Source: a virus
Length of the DNA stretch: 64,000 nucleotides
IMG/VR virus record: IMGVR_UViG_3300019487_000024
Coordinates: 1-64,000 of that record
Reading direction: 5' to 3' (one strand)
The position numbers were made by a program, and so were the translations under genes. Shown here one piece after another: positions 27,357 through 37,115 of this stretch (positions within the stretch are counted from its first letter, which is position 1; the number at the start of each line of letters is the position of its first letter). Below the pieces are notes generated by a model. That model made no database searches. It was not told where the DNA came from and saw only the letters and a program-made list of their open reading frames with translations.

Positions 27357-28055
27357 ATGTCATTACGCAGAACAACATCAGAGTTTATTTCGGCTTCTAA
27401 AAAGATTCATGGTGAGAAGTATGATTACTCCAATGTAGAATATACTACCAGATTTACAAAAGTAAAACTTTGTTGTTATAAACATGGAGAGTTTTTTCAA
27501 CAACCTTGTCACCACTTAAAAGGGCATGGATGCCCGAAATGTATGGGAGAAGGCATCGGCAATCAATTTAGAGAAAATCTAAATGTGTTTATTTCCAAGG
27601 CCATAAAAATCCACGGAGATTTATATGATTATTCCAGATCGGTATATGTAGGAAGTAAGCATAAAATAGAATTGATTTGTAAAAAACATAATACATCATT
27701 CTGGCAGCAAGCAGGAAGTCATTTGCGTGGTGCGGGATGTCCACACTGTAAATGGGATTTGCTCACAAGTGAGGGAATAATGGTTGATAAGGGATCATTA
27801 CGTCTTAAAGAATGGCTTGAAAGTCGTGGTTATTTATTCCATTTTCAATATTTTGTTCCTACTCTTCATGTTTCAATTGATTTTTACGACCCAACATCCA
27901 ATGTAGTTATTGAATATGATAGTCGGTATCATCATTCCAAAACTCAACAGAGAAAAGATCGTCTTAGGGAAGAAAAGATTATTGCATATTTACAACCAGT
28001 CGAGTTCTGGCGGATTGATGGAAAAACAAAAACAGCTAAAAATATATTAGTATGA
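27357..28055 (+). mobile_element. Homing endonuclease (repeated HG..YDYS/Zn-ribbon units plus DUF559/Vsr-like nuclease)
   Basis: Two IHG..YDYS...HL.G.GCP.C repeats; IDFY...IEYD..YH; AT-rich. Confidence 0.8.
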
Positions 28056-28789
28056 TCTCTAACATATTAGATAAAGTTTTTAATGAAGTCTGCTTAGACG
28101 AACGTATCAAAGACGGCATTTTCAAACTGGAAGAGGAAGAGCATATGAACGCTCTTCGTGATTACTTTGTCAAGAAAGGAATCGCCCAAGAAGCCGCAGT
28201 CCATGTGACGAACCGAATGGTAGAGGGAAGGTTCCCGGAACGTCAGGCGTATAACAAGGATGGAATTTTGGTAACATTTCCTACCCCTCAACACAAAGCC
28301 AAGGCTATTCAACGTGGGACACATTTTGAGAAGAATCCTGCTCCTCAAAATACTACTCCTCCAAGGGAACAACCAAAGAAAGAACTTCCACCCGCACCAC
28401 CAAAAGAGAAGGAATTGCCTCCTCAAGAAGAACCCGCTCCGAAGGAAGTGCCCGCAGTCGATGACAAAGAGCCTGAAGGCGGTTTGGTAAATAAAGTGAC
28501 TCAAGGAGATACCGAATTGGAAGTTGAGCCTCCTCGTGGATCAGAAAAGCCAGAACCTGCCCCACCACAATCTCCAACGCCTCCACCGGCACCAAGAACT
28601 CCTGAACGAATCGCAGCCGAGAAAGAAGTGGCGAAACAAATTTTTGCGACAGATGATACCGCACTCAACCCCGTTGCTCCACAGCTTGATGAAGCATTGC
28701 TTCGTCATCAGATAACCTCTATGTATCAAAAATGTGATGAATGGGGATTCAGAGAATTGCAAAAGTTCCTGAAACCACATTTGAAATAA
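28052..28789 (+). CDS. Hypothetical Pro/Glu-rich protein, putative head-internal
   Basis: ATGA overlap with the HEG; ILDKVFNE N-terminus; long Pro-rich linker. Confidence 0.6.
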   Translation: MISNILDKVFNEVCLDERIKDGIFKLEEEEHMNALRDYFVKKGIAQEAAVHVTNRMVEGRFPERQAYNKDGILVTFPTPQHKAKAIQRGTHFEKNPAPQNTTPPREQPKKELPPAPPKEKELPPQEEPAPKEVPAVDDKEPEGGLVNKVTQGDTELEVEPPRGSEKPEPAPPQSPTPPPAPRTPERIAAEKEVAKQIFATDDTALNPVAPQLDEALLRHQITSMYQKCDEWGFRELQKFLKPHLK

Positions 28790-28810
28790 GTGCGTGTTAC
28801 ATCAACTGCT

Positions 28811-29209
28811 ATGAATCCCTCTGACAATCGCCAGCTATTGTGTACTTTCACCAACTCCAAAGACGTTCGCCAGTGTGCGGTTGATGTTCTGAAGTTTTAC
28901 GAAGTTTACAGCAAAAGAATTTTCGCATTCACAAATGCAAAAAGCCCCAAAGAAGTTTATCTCACTTACAACGTTTTGAACATGCAGCGGGGTGCCCCAA
29001 AGTTTCCAAATACCATTCTGATTCATCGCAAAAAGCAGACGAATACTCTCTACACTTTGAACGCAATGAATCGTTTGATTGAAGAAGAAAATGGTCGAGC
29101 CGACAACACGTACATCGTAAACTGGAAGCTCTACGAAAACTCTTTGATCATCACCGGCGAAGTTTCAATTCGTGTAATTCCCTTGAAAATCTTCAATGTT
29201 TTTGAGTGA
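28811..29209 (+). CDS. Conserved phage hypothetical protein
   Basis: LLCTF...TYN...NTILIHRKKQTNTLYTLNA.N. Confidence 0.65.
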   Translation: MNPSDNRQLLCTFTNSKDVRQCAVDVLKFYEVYSKRIFAFTNAKSPKEVYLTYNVLNMQRGAPKFPNTILIHRKKQTNTLYTLNAMNRLIEEENGRADNTYIVNWKLYENSLIITGEVSIRVIPLKIFNVFE

Positions 29210-29226
29210 TAATCTTCAAATAAGTT

Positions 29227-29616
29227 ATGACCAACGAAGAACGTAAAAAGAAACAGCGAGAATACTATCTCCAAAATAAAGAAAGATTTCGTGAGAATCA
29301 TCGCCGGTGGTGTTCTAAAAACAAAGAAAAATTAGCTAAGAGAAATGCCGGTTACGTAACGGAGTGGATATTGAAAAAGAAATATGGGATAGATGGGGCC
29401 GAATATAATCGTCTTTTTACATTACAATCGGGTCGTTGTGCTATTTGTCTTAGAGAAGCAAGTGAGTTCAAACGAAAGTTGGCAGTAGATCACAATCATA
29501 CAACAGGACAAGTTCGGGGATTGCTTTGTGTGAAATGTAACCGTGGTATTGGGTGCTTTGAAGAAATTTCCATTCGTTTTGATGCAGCAAGAGAGTATCT
29601 TTTACGGTTCACTTAA
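29227..29616 (+). mobile_element. Endonuclease VII-family homing endonuclease
   Basis: Q.GRCAIC...LAVDHNHTTGQVRGLLCVKCNRGIG. Confidence 0.85.
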
Positions 29617-29642
29617 AATAATTCCTGATTTCATAAAATAAG

Positions 29643-29671
29643 TTTACAATTGATCTTTCGTGTGATAGACT
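29643..29671 (+). promoter_or_regulatory. sigma70-type promoter for SSB
   Basis: TTTACA-N17-TAGACT. Confidence 0.6.
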
Positions 29672-29761
29672 TCTACTTATTATGGTGAGAGTAGTTAAGA
29701 CTTGATCTTCCGATTAACGATTAACGCTTAAACCATTTAATCAATTAACAGTTTAACCATT

Positions 29762-30610
29762 ATGGCAATTAACGTCCAAAAACTCGCAGATCGCCTTCGT
29801 GAATTCGAAGATGGTCAAAAATCCTCAGAATTTTCCAAACTCCTATGGAAACCCAAAGAAGGCACCCAAACAGTCAGAATTGTTCCGTACAAGTTCAATC
29901 CTGATTCCCCGTTCATCGAATTGCAGTTCTACTACAATCTCGGTGGAAAGCATTACTTGGCTCCCGTGACCTTCGGCAAGCCCGACCCGATCCAAGAAGT
30001 CATTGAGACCTTGCGTTCCAGCGGAAGCAACGAAGAGAAGGAAATCGCCAAGAAACTCCAAGCAACCCCTCGCACTTACGTTCCAGTGTTGGTTCGTGGT
30101 GAAGAAGAACAAGGTGTTCGCTTTTGGGGCTTCGGCGTCCAAGTCTATAAGCAGCTTTTGAAGCTGATGACCAATGCAAATTGGGGCGACATTACTTCCT
30201 TTACGGAAGGGCACGACATTGAAATCGAATTCAAGAAGGTCAGTGCAAAGAAAAATGTCAAGACGGGACAAGCCTTCCCTGAGACAATCATCACTCCAAT
30301 TCCAACCAAGACACCAGTCGTCAATCCGACTCGCCGTGATTTGATGGAAAAGGTCAAGGAACAGACGGACATTCTGAAAATCTTCCCTCTCAAGTCGTAT
30401 GACGAATTGAAGGAAGTCGTTCAGAAGTGGCTCAACCCTGAAGACGCTGCTGTGGAAGCTCCCGCAGAAGATCAGGCTCAGTCAACCGCAGCCCAAACCA
30501 CGGCTCCTGCGGCTGCAACTCCTCCAACTCAATCCTCGGCTGCTGGTGCTCCAGTTGCCGCAGGCGGCAATCTTGCCGACGAGTTCGAGAAGTTCTTCCA
30601 AACCAAGTAA
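29762..30610 (+). CDS. Single-stranded DNA-binding protein (T4 gp32-like)
   Basis: WKPKEG...VRIVP, FGKPDPI, GVRFWGFG..VY, GDIT...GHD; acidic/aromatic tail DEFEKFF. Confidence 0.85.
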   Translation: MAINVQKLADRLREFEDGQKSSEFSKLLWKPKEGTQTVRIVPYKFNPDSPFIELQFYYNLGGKHYLAPVTFGKPDPIQEVIETLRSSGSNEEKEIAKKLQATPRTYVPVLVRGEEEQGVRFWGFGVQVYKQLLKLMTNANWGDITSFTEGHDIEIEFKKVSAKKNVKTGQAFPETIITPIPTKTPVVNPTRRDLMEKVKEQTDILKIFPLKSYDELKEVVQKWLNPEDAAVEAPAEDQAQSTAAQTTAPAAATPPTQSSAAGAPVAAGGNLADEFEKFFQTK

Positions 30611-30625
30611 TTGGTGAACTCAAAC

Positions 30626-30666
30626 ACGCTTGGGGTATGCCGGACATTCCGGTGTACCCCAAGTGT
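30626..30666 (+). promoter_or_regulatory. 19-bp RNA hairpin between SSB and recombinase
   Basis: ACGCTTGGGGTATGCCGGA-cat-TCCGGTGTACCCCAAGTGT, three G-U pairs, no U tract. Confidence 0.65.
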
Positions 30667-30691
30667 AACCAAAATTTAATCCTTTCCTCCT

Positions 30692-31861
30692 ATGGCAAAA
30701 AAGACATCTAAACACGTAGAGAGTGATGCCCAAGTTGAACGTGACGACTTGGCATTGCTTCTCCAAAAAGAACTCAACAAATCCCAAAAAGACGGCAGCA
30801 AAGTCTCTTACTTTTTGGACGAAGGCGAAAATCCGTGGGACATCCTTGAGTGGGTTTCCACAGGTTCTACGCTTTTGGACTTAGCAGTTTCTAATCGCCC
30901 GCACGGAGGACTTCCTGTTGGTCGTATGATCGAATTGAGCGGTCTTGAAGGCACAGGAAAATCGCTTATCTGCGGTCATTTGATTGCAGAAACTCAAAAG
31001 AAGGGTGGACTTTCAGTATTTTTTGATTCGGAATCCGCCGTGGACAAAGCATATTGGACTGCTCTTGGTGTGGATGTACGCAGCGTGAACTGCGTGCCTT
31101 TCACAACTCTTGAAGAGTTGTTCAACAAATTGGAACTTTGTATCGGAGCATTCCGAAAAGCATCCAAAGATCGTCTTTTGACTATCTTCGTTGACTCCAT
31201 TGCCCAAGCATCCGTTGAAAAAGAAATGGAATCTGAGCACGGTGTTGATGGATACAACACGGGCAAGTCCATTATCATCAGCAAGGCTATGAGAAAGATT
31301 ACCAATCTCATTGCCAAACAACGCATTCTGTTGGTGTTCACCAATCAACTCCGCTACAACATGAACGCCGGACCTTTCGGCGATAAGTGGATTACTCCCG
31401 GTGGAAAAGCACTTCCATTTTCTTGTTCCGTTCGCATTCGTCTCGCCAATCTTGGTAAACTTACCAAGGGAGATGAAGTGATCGGAATGAAGGCTCAAAC
31501 ACAAGTCATCAAGAATCGTTGCGGTCCAAACTACAGGACTGCGGCATTTGAGATTCACTACGACTCAGGAATTCAAGACCTTTCAAGTTGGGTTAAGTAC
31601 ATGAAAGAACATGGACTTGTCAATGGCGACGGTCATGGATATGACTACAAACGTGCCGATGGCAGTGAAATCACCTTCAAGACCGACAAGTTTGTGGAAT
31701 TGGTAAATACCGATCCTGTGTTCAAAGAGGAAGTGTATCAAGCCATTTGCAACAACTATGTCATGAAGTATCGTGACCCCAACAGCAAGATTGTTGAGGA
31801 CGTGGTAGAAGTTGAGGGTGAGAATGATGACATTACGAAAAATTCCGTCAAGGAATCGTAA
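30692..31861 (+). CDS. recA: RecA/UvsX-like recombinase
   Basis: STGS..LD, GGLPVGR, Walker A GLEGTGKS, FVDSIA, FTNQLR, TPGGKAL, KNR. Confidence 0.92.
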   Translation: MAKKTSKHVESDAQVERDDLALLLQKELNKSQKDGSKVSYFLDEGENPWDILEWVSTGSTLLDLAVSNRPHGGLPVGRMIELSGLEGTGKSLICGHLIAETQKKGGLSVFFDSESAVDKAYWTALGVDVRSVNCVPFTTLEELFNKLELCIGAFRKASKDRLLTIFVDSIAQASVEKEMESEHGVDGYNTGKSIIISKAMRKITNLIAKQRILLVFTNQLRYNMNAGPFGDKWITPGGKALPFSCSVRIRLANLGKLTKGDEVIGMKAQTQVIKNRCGPNYRTAAFEIHYDSGIQDLSSWVKYMKEHGLVNGDGHGYDYKRADGSEITFKTDKFVELVNTDPVFKEEVYQAICNNYVMKYRDPNSKIVEDVVEVEGENDDITKNSVKES

Positions 31862-31863
31862 TC

Positions 31864-31983
31864 ATGAACCTTAGTCCCGAAGAAAGAAGCCGTCTTGCGA
31901 ATATCCTAAAAAACAAGGGTAATCAACTCCAAGATGCACATAAGAATTGGTCTCGTTTGACTAACTCCGATATTCTGATATGA
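31864..31983 (+). pseudogene. Orphaned 39-codon N-terminus of the 5'-3' exonuclease gene
   Basis: MNLSPEERSRLANILKNKGNQLQDAHKNWSRLTNSDILI* aligns with the N-terminus of 33829..34905; its stop overlaps the HEG ATG. Confidence 0.75.
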
Positions 31984-32912
31984 AGTCTATAGACTTAACT
32001 GGATATAAATATGGAAGGTGGACGGTTATTTCTAAGTCCGATAGTAAGCGGTGGAATTGTATTTGTGAATGTGGTTCGGAAAAACAAGTAAGTAGGTCAA
32101 ATCTACGAAGTGGCAAGTCTGTTTCTTGTGGATGTTTTGCTCGCCAGAAATTGAGTGAACGAATGCAAGGAAATACTCTTGGTCTTATAGATTTAAGTGG
32201 CACAAAAATTGGACGAATTTCCATACTTCGTAGGATAACAAAAAACGAGTCTGAATTCAGAACATTAAAAGGTCGAAATTCACAATATCTGTGTAGATGT
32301 GACTGCGGTAAAAAATATGTTTGCAGTGCTCATGTTCTAACCAGCGGTCGAGCAATAAGTTGTGGTTGTTATAATCGAGAAGTTCTTAAATCTCATACAC
32401 AAAGCAATCATCCGGGGTGGAAAGGATATAAAAAACTTTCTGGCAATTACATAACGGAAATTAAAAAAGGTGCGGTTTCTCGTGGGTTAAAATATGATGT
32501 AAGTAAGGAATATCTATATGGTTTGTTTGTATTTCAAAATGAACGATGTGCATTGTCGGGAATTCAACTATCATTAGAATTTTGTCGAGGAAAACGACAG
32601 ACAGCATCATTGGACCGCATAGACTCTTCCAAAGGATATGTTGAAGGAAATGTTCAATGGGTTCATAAAGATGTTAATAAAATGAAGCAAGATTTGCCTC
32701 AGAATACTTTTTTGAATTGGTGTAAACTTATCGAAGAAAATATGAAAACAATAAAGCGAGTAGTTAATGGTGTCCTTGTTGAAATATGTGAAAATGGGGA
32801 TGTATTTGTAGATAATTCGGTTCTCCCTGATTATGGCGGGACAGAGGAAAATCTAAATAAAGTGTGTCGGGAAATTGGTGAAAAAAATTATTCAAACCAA
32901 AGATTTGTCTGA
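31980..32912 (+). mobile_element. HNH-type homing endonuclease
   Basis: DLTG..YGRW...C.C.CG...SCGC repeats; ASLDRIDSSKGYVEGNVQWVHKDVNKMK. Confidence 0.85.
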
Positions 32913-32953
32913 ACATATCGCAGTGAAATAATTACACTTTTCTACGATGTTTC

Positions 32954-32980
32954 TCCGCTAATCCGCTAATCCGCTAATCC
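32954..32980. repeat. Tandem 8-mer (TCCGCTAA)x3+
   Basis: TCCGCTAA TCCGCTAA TCCGCTAA TCC between two HEGs. Confidence 0.85.
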
Positions 32981-32995
32981 ACTATTTATTAGTGT

Positions 32996-33841
32996 ATGAT
33001 TGATGAACAAAAAATAGTGGATGAAATGTATCGGAAATTTATTTCTGATGAATCTATCATTGGATTTGAAGGATTGTTTCAACAGTTTGGAATTAAAAGT
33101 GGTAGAAAAAAAAAATAGAATTCGAGCGTTAATATATGATAAACATGGTAAAGATAATCTCATTACCATATATCGTAGTCGGTTAGCAAAATCCGCTCAT
33201 AAAAACAGAACTGCTGATGACTATGTAATTTTAGCCGATCAGCGTTGTAGAATGATTGAGGGAATACGGCAAAGTTGGAAAAATGCAAATGAACGAAAAA
33301 AACAAGCCCAACAATTGATGGTTAATTATTGCCATTCAAAAGCATGGTCAACAGAAACTAATGAGAAGAGAATACAATCTCGTAAGGACGGGGTAGGATG
33401 GAATAAACATTCGGATTCCACTCGGCAAAAGATTTCTTCCGTTTTGAAACAAAAATGGAAAGATGGATGTTTTGATAATCGTCGTCCGACTATAAAGAGT
33501 AAGGGTCAACTTGAATTGTGTTCTTTGTTACAAAAATTAGAATTAGATGTTATTGAAGAATTTCGAGTTAACAGTAAACCGTTTGATGCTTGTTTACCGA
33601 AAAAAAAAAATTACTTTTTGAATTTAATGGAACTTACTGGCATTTAGACCCAAGAATATATGAGCCACGATATTGGGATAAGTTTCGAAAACAATTTGCA
33701 TTCCAGATATGGCGAAAAGATAATCTTAAAAATATGGAAGCCCATAGGAATGGATATAAGGTCATTACTATATGGCAAAAGGATTGGGATGAATGTCAGA
33801 ATAAAGAAGTATATCTGAAAGAATTGATATGCAACATCTGA
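32996..33841 (+). pseudogene. Homing endonuclease (NUMOD3-like plus DUF559/Vsr-like) broken at two poly-A runs
   Basis: ATG 32996 after TATTTATT; frame changes at A10 (33106-33115) and A11 (33600-33610); C-terminal FEFNGTYWH...GYKVITIWQKDW. Confidence 0.7.
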
Positions 33842-34905
33842 ATAATACCGAGAAGACAAATTTGTATTCCATTTTCAAAAAAATGGGAACAAAAACTATG
33901 GATGACCATCGTCGGAATACGAATAGTAACATCTTGATAGTGGACGGAACCAATACATTTTTAAGATGTTTTATGGCAAATCCGGCAATGGATGAAAATG
34001 GAAATCACACTGGTGGCGTAGTCGGCTTTCTCAAATCAGTCGGCTACGCCATCAAACTTTTGGCTCCCACTCGCTGCGTTATCATTTTTGATGGTGTCGG
34101 CGGCTCTTTCAAACGTCGCCAAATTTATCCCAATTACAAAGAGAAGCGTAAGGGTCGTATTCGTCTCAATCGTGCATACGAAGACATGTCCGACATGACG
34201 ACTGAAGAGGAAAGTTGTATCAAGCAATACCTTCGCCTTACGAAATATCTTCAAGTCCTTCCCGTCAACATTCTTTCTATAGACCACGTTGAGGCAGATG
34301 ACGTAATTGCTTATCTTGCAACGGAACACTTCAAAGATTCTCGGAAAGTTTTTATCATGTCGTCGGATAAGGACTTTTTACAGCTATCAACCGAAAAGAT
34401 TTCCGTGTATTCTCCTACGAAGAAGCGTATTTATGGACCGGCAGAAGTCTTGGCAGACTATCAAATTCATCCCAATAACTTTGTGATGTTTCGTGCAATG
34501 GACGGAGACGACTCAGACAACATTGATGGAATTGAAGGAGCAGGACCAAAGACGGTCGTCAAGCACTTCCCGTGGTTGAACGAAGACAAGGTTCATACCA
34601 TTGACGAGATTGTGAATCACGCAACGAATTTGAGAAACAAATACAAAGTGTGTGATCGGATTGCAGAAGGTAAGACTCTTCTTGAGAGAAATTACGCATT
34701 GATGCAATTGAAAGAAACGATGTTGACCACAACGGCTCAACTTCATTGCAACGATTGTTTGGAGACGGCTAAAATTCCACGACTGGATCGTGGAGCATTC
34801 TTCAAGCTCGTCCGAGAAGATTTGATTGATGGAAACTTGCCAAACCATACAAGCTGGATCAACGAAGTGTTCTCTCCACTTGATATGGTAACAAGAACGG
34901 AATGA
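33829..34905 (+). CDS. 5'-3' exonuclease / T4 RNase H-like flap nuclease
   Basis: IVDGTN, FDG, YKEKR, EADDVI, SSDKDFLQL, GDDSDNIDGIEGAGPKT. Confidence 0.92.
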   Translation: MQHLNNTEKTNLYSIFKKMGTKTMDDHRRNTNSNILIVDGTNTFLRCFMANPAMDENGNHTGGVVGFLKSVGYAIKLLAPTRCVIIFDGVGGSFKRRQIYPNYKEKRKGRIRLNRAYEDMSDMTTEEESCIKQYLRLTKYLQVLPVNILSIDHVEADDVIAYLATEHFKDSRKVFIMSSDKDFLQLSTEKISVYSPTKKRIYGPAEVLADYQIHPNNFVMFRAMDGDDSDNIDGIEGAGPKTVVKHFPWLNEDKVHTIDEIVNHATNLRNKYKVCDRIAEGKTLLERNYALMQLKETMLTTTAQLHCNDCLETAKIPRLDRGAFFKLVREDLIDGNLPNHTSWINEVFSPLDMVTRTE

Positions 34906-34906
34906 T

Positions 34907-35224
34907 ATGAAAAAGTTCAAGCTATTGCGGATCGGAAAGTGCTACCTTAACCGTGAGGGTGATATGGTCGTTGCACTTGTCAAAGCCCACAAAAATCCCG
35001 GATTCAAAACACAGAGCTATCAGTTCGTGGGCAGTTTTGTCAACAAATTCTTTCCAGTGTTCAAATTCCAACTTTTGTCCCGCATTGTTCCCAACGACGG
35101 AAGCTGGACTGAAGTGGACACCCACATGTTCAAAGTAGTGCAAGCACTTCATAATTCTGGACACGTTGTCAAACTTCCCGACCCAAACTCTCCAAGCGAT
35201 TTGCCTGTGATTGCAAAATACTGA
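34907..35224 (+). CDS. Hypothetical protein
   Basis: Tight operon spacing. Confidence 0.55.
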   Translation: MKKFKLLRIGKCYLNREGDMVVALVKAHKNPGFKTQSYQFVGSFVNKFFPVFKFQLLSRIVPNDGSWTEVDTHMFKVVQALHNSGHVVKLPDPNSPSDLPVIAKY

Positions 35225-35225
35225 T

Positions 35226-36053
35226 ATGAGATTCATTCGTTATCATAGCTGCAACGAGAACACCTTCAGAGACAAGGTAGTTGGTTCCATTCTATTTGCC
35301 GGAAGAAACTGGCTCCACATTGGAAAGAGGACGATCAATGCCGAATGGTCGTTCTTTCATAAGTGTCGTAGCCATCCTGCCTTGAAAATGGAATTTGGTG
35401 GTGGTGATGGAGACGATGGATTGATGTTCCATGTTGCCATTCCATATCTTTTTTCCATTTTCCTCTCTGTGGATTGTGTATTTGGAAAACTTTTTTGGGG
35501 AGATGTTGAAACCCGTGAGACAGGAATTGCCTTCCACAACGGAAGTTTCTGGTTTTACCCGTTTTCAAAAACAATGTCATGGTCAAGCCGTGACCCGTGG
35601 TGGAGAAAGTCTCATTCATTCTCCCCCGCAGAATTTATCTGTGGACGCAACAAGTACTCGGAAGAGAACGACCAAGGATGGCAACCTATTGAAATAACTA
35701 TGCCCGAAGGAAAATACAAGGGCAAGTTGCGTCTCTACACAGGTGCGTGGAAGAATCGCTTCCGCACAATGAGAATTTCACGAGCAGAAATTGACATGGA
35801 AGAAGGAATCCCCTTTCCCGGAAAGGGCGAGAGTTCTTGGGATTGTGGCGAAGACGCTACGTATGGAATGACATGTCCTGCCCGTGATGAAGCGGAGGCA
35901 ATTGCAGCAATGATTGAATCTGTGCTGTCTCGTCGCCGCAAATATGGTTCCCGCAATTGCTTGTTCAATTACAAGCCCGTGGAACGTCATGTCCGAAGTG
36001 CTGTACATGAAAAAGCCTCAGAAGCATGTTGTGCTTCCGAGGCTTCTTCGTGA
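35226..36053 (+). CDS. Hypothetical protein
   Basis: Start 35226; Trp-rich; GKGESSWDCG.DA motif. Confidence 0.6.
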   Translation: MRFIRYHSCNENTFRDKVVGSILFAGRNWLHIGKRTINAEWSFFHKCRSHPALKMEFGGGDGDDGLMFHVAIPYLFSIFLSVDCVFGKLFWGDVETRETGIAFHNGSFWFYPFSKTMSWSSRDPWWRKSHSFSPAEFICGRNKYSEENDQGWQPIEITMPEGKYKGKLRLYTGAWKNRFRTMRISRAEIDMEEGIPFPGKGESSWDCGEDATYGMTCPARDEAEAIAAMIESVLSRRRKYGSRNCLFNYKPVERHVRSAVHEKASEACCASEASS

Positions 36054-36063
36054 GTCCTACTGC

Positions 36064-37008
36064 TTATTGTTTCCAACCCTTCGGTGGTTTCGCATACTTA
36101 GAGTCTGCAAATGGCTCTGGAAAGCTCACTTGCTTTTCATTGCCGAGAGGGACTCCCATCTCTAACAACGATTGACGACTAGCGTAATAGATGTTCGTGG
36201 TCAGAACGACAACTCCTCGTTCAAACTCGACCTCGACTACCCGACTTTCCTTTGCTTCACCCCATTTGGTTCCCATATCAAAGCCACGAGGCTTTTCATC
36301 GACCTTGGTGCTGCAATTCATGGCTCTCAAGACATTGGAGGTTGCAGACTTGGTAATTCCCTTGGTAGGAATTTTGTCGCAACTGTATTGAGCACTTCCG
36401 GCACCCAAGGCTTCCCCACCCGAATTGGACAGAGTTTGTCCGCTCAAGGAAGAGCCAATGGGGTCTCCAAGGGAGTCGCAGCTTGTGCTGTAAGTGGTGT
36501 CGCACCAGATGGTTGGTTGGTGTGGCCATACCCAAGGTGGATTACCCGTATCCCACGGATCGTAGGGTGGATACGTCGGGCGTCATTTTGGATAGTGATG
36601 GTGATGAATTTCAACCGGGGGTGGAGGAAGGACGATCTTCTCATCAAAGAGACGAACGCCAATTACACCAACATTTTTCTCGGAGCCATCGCTCTTGGAA
36701 GCGGCGTAGGATTGGTTCTTGTAGTCAAAAACGAACTTGGCAACTTTGTCATCAGAAACACGGAAGCCATCAAAGCGAGCCGAGTTGTTTCCACTGACAA
36801 CATAACCGGGACCGTCTTGTTTGGCGAGCTTTCCATTCAGAATGTCAAGCCCGTCAACAGAGCAGACTGCGAGAATGCGGCTCCAATTGTTGTTTTTGAT
36901 TTCAATGGCATACTCAGAGCCTTCTTTGGCTTCGATGAAAGTTTTACCTTCAAAGAAGTATTTTTTGCAGGGATTTCCATTAACCAGTATATTTATTTTG
37001 TAGGACAT
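36064..37008 (-). CDS. Conserved hypothetical gene interrupted by a single in-frame TGA (36583-36585)
   Basis: Track ORFs 36583..37008 and 36064..36447 are in the same frame and the sequence between them is open; motifs SVDGLD, NVGVIG, GTKWG..FER. Confidence 0.7.
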
Positions 37009-37097
37009 AGTATTTACCTTTCTTTAGTTAGAGTTAAAGATTTAGCCGCTCATACTGCGGATTTCATCTTGTTAACAATAAATACTATGTTACATTG

Positions 37098-37115
37098 AAA
37101 GTCAACTTTTTATAT
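37098..37115. repeat. 18-bp direct repeat, left copy
   Basis: AAAGTCAACTTTTTATAT, identical to 37787..37804. Confidence 0.9.

Noticed and set aside
29712-32980. CRISPR array (short repeats at 29.7 kb and 32.95 kb)
   Set aside because: Repeat units are 7-9 nt with no spacers, and no cas genes are present.
31980-33940. Group I intron interrupting the exonuclease gene
   Set aside because: The insert is almost fully occupied by ORFs, with no room for a ribozyme core. No U|...G| junction restores the frame, and a second N-terminus is present, so splicing is unnecessary.
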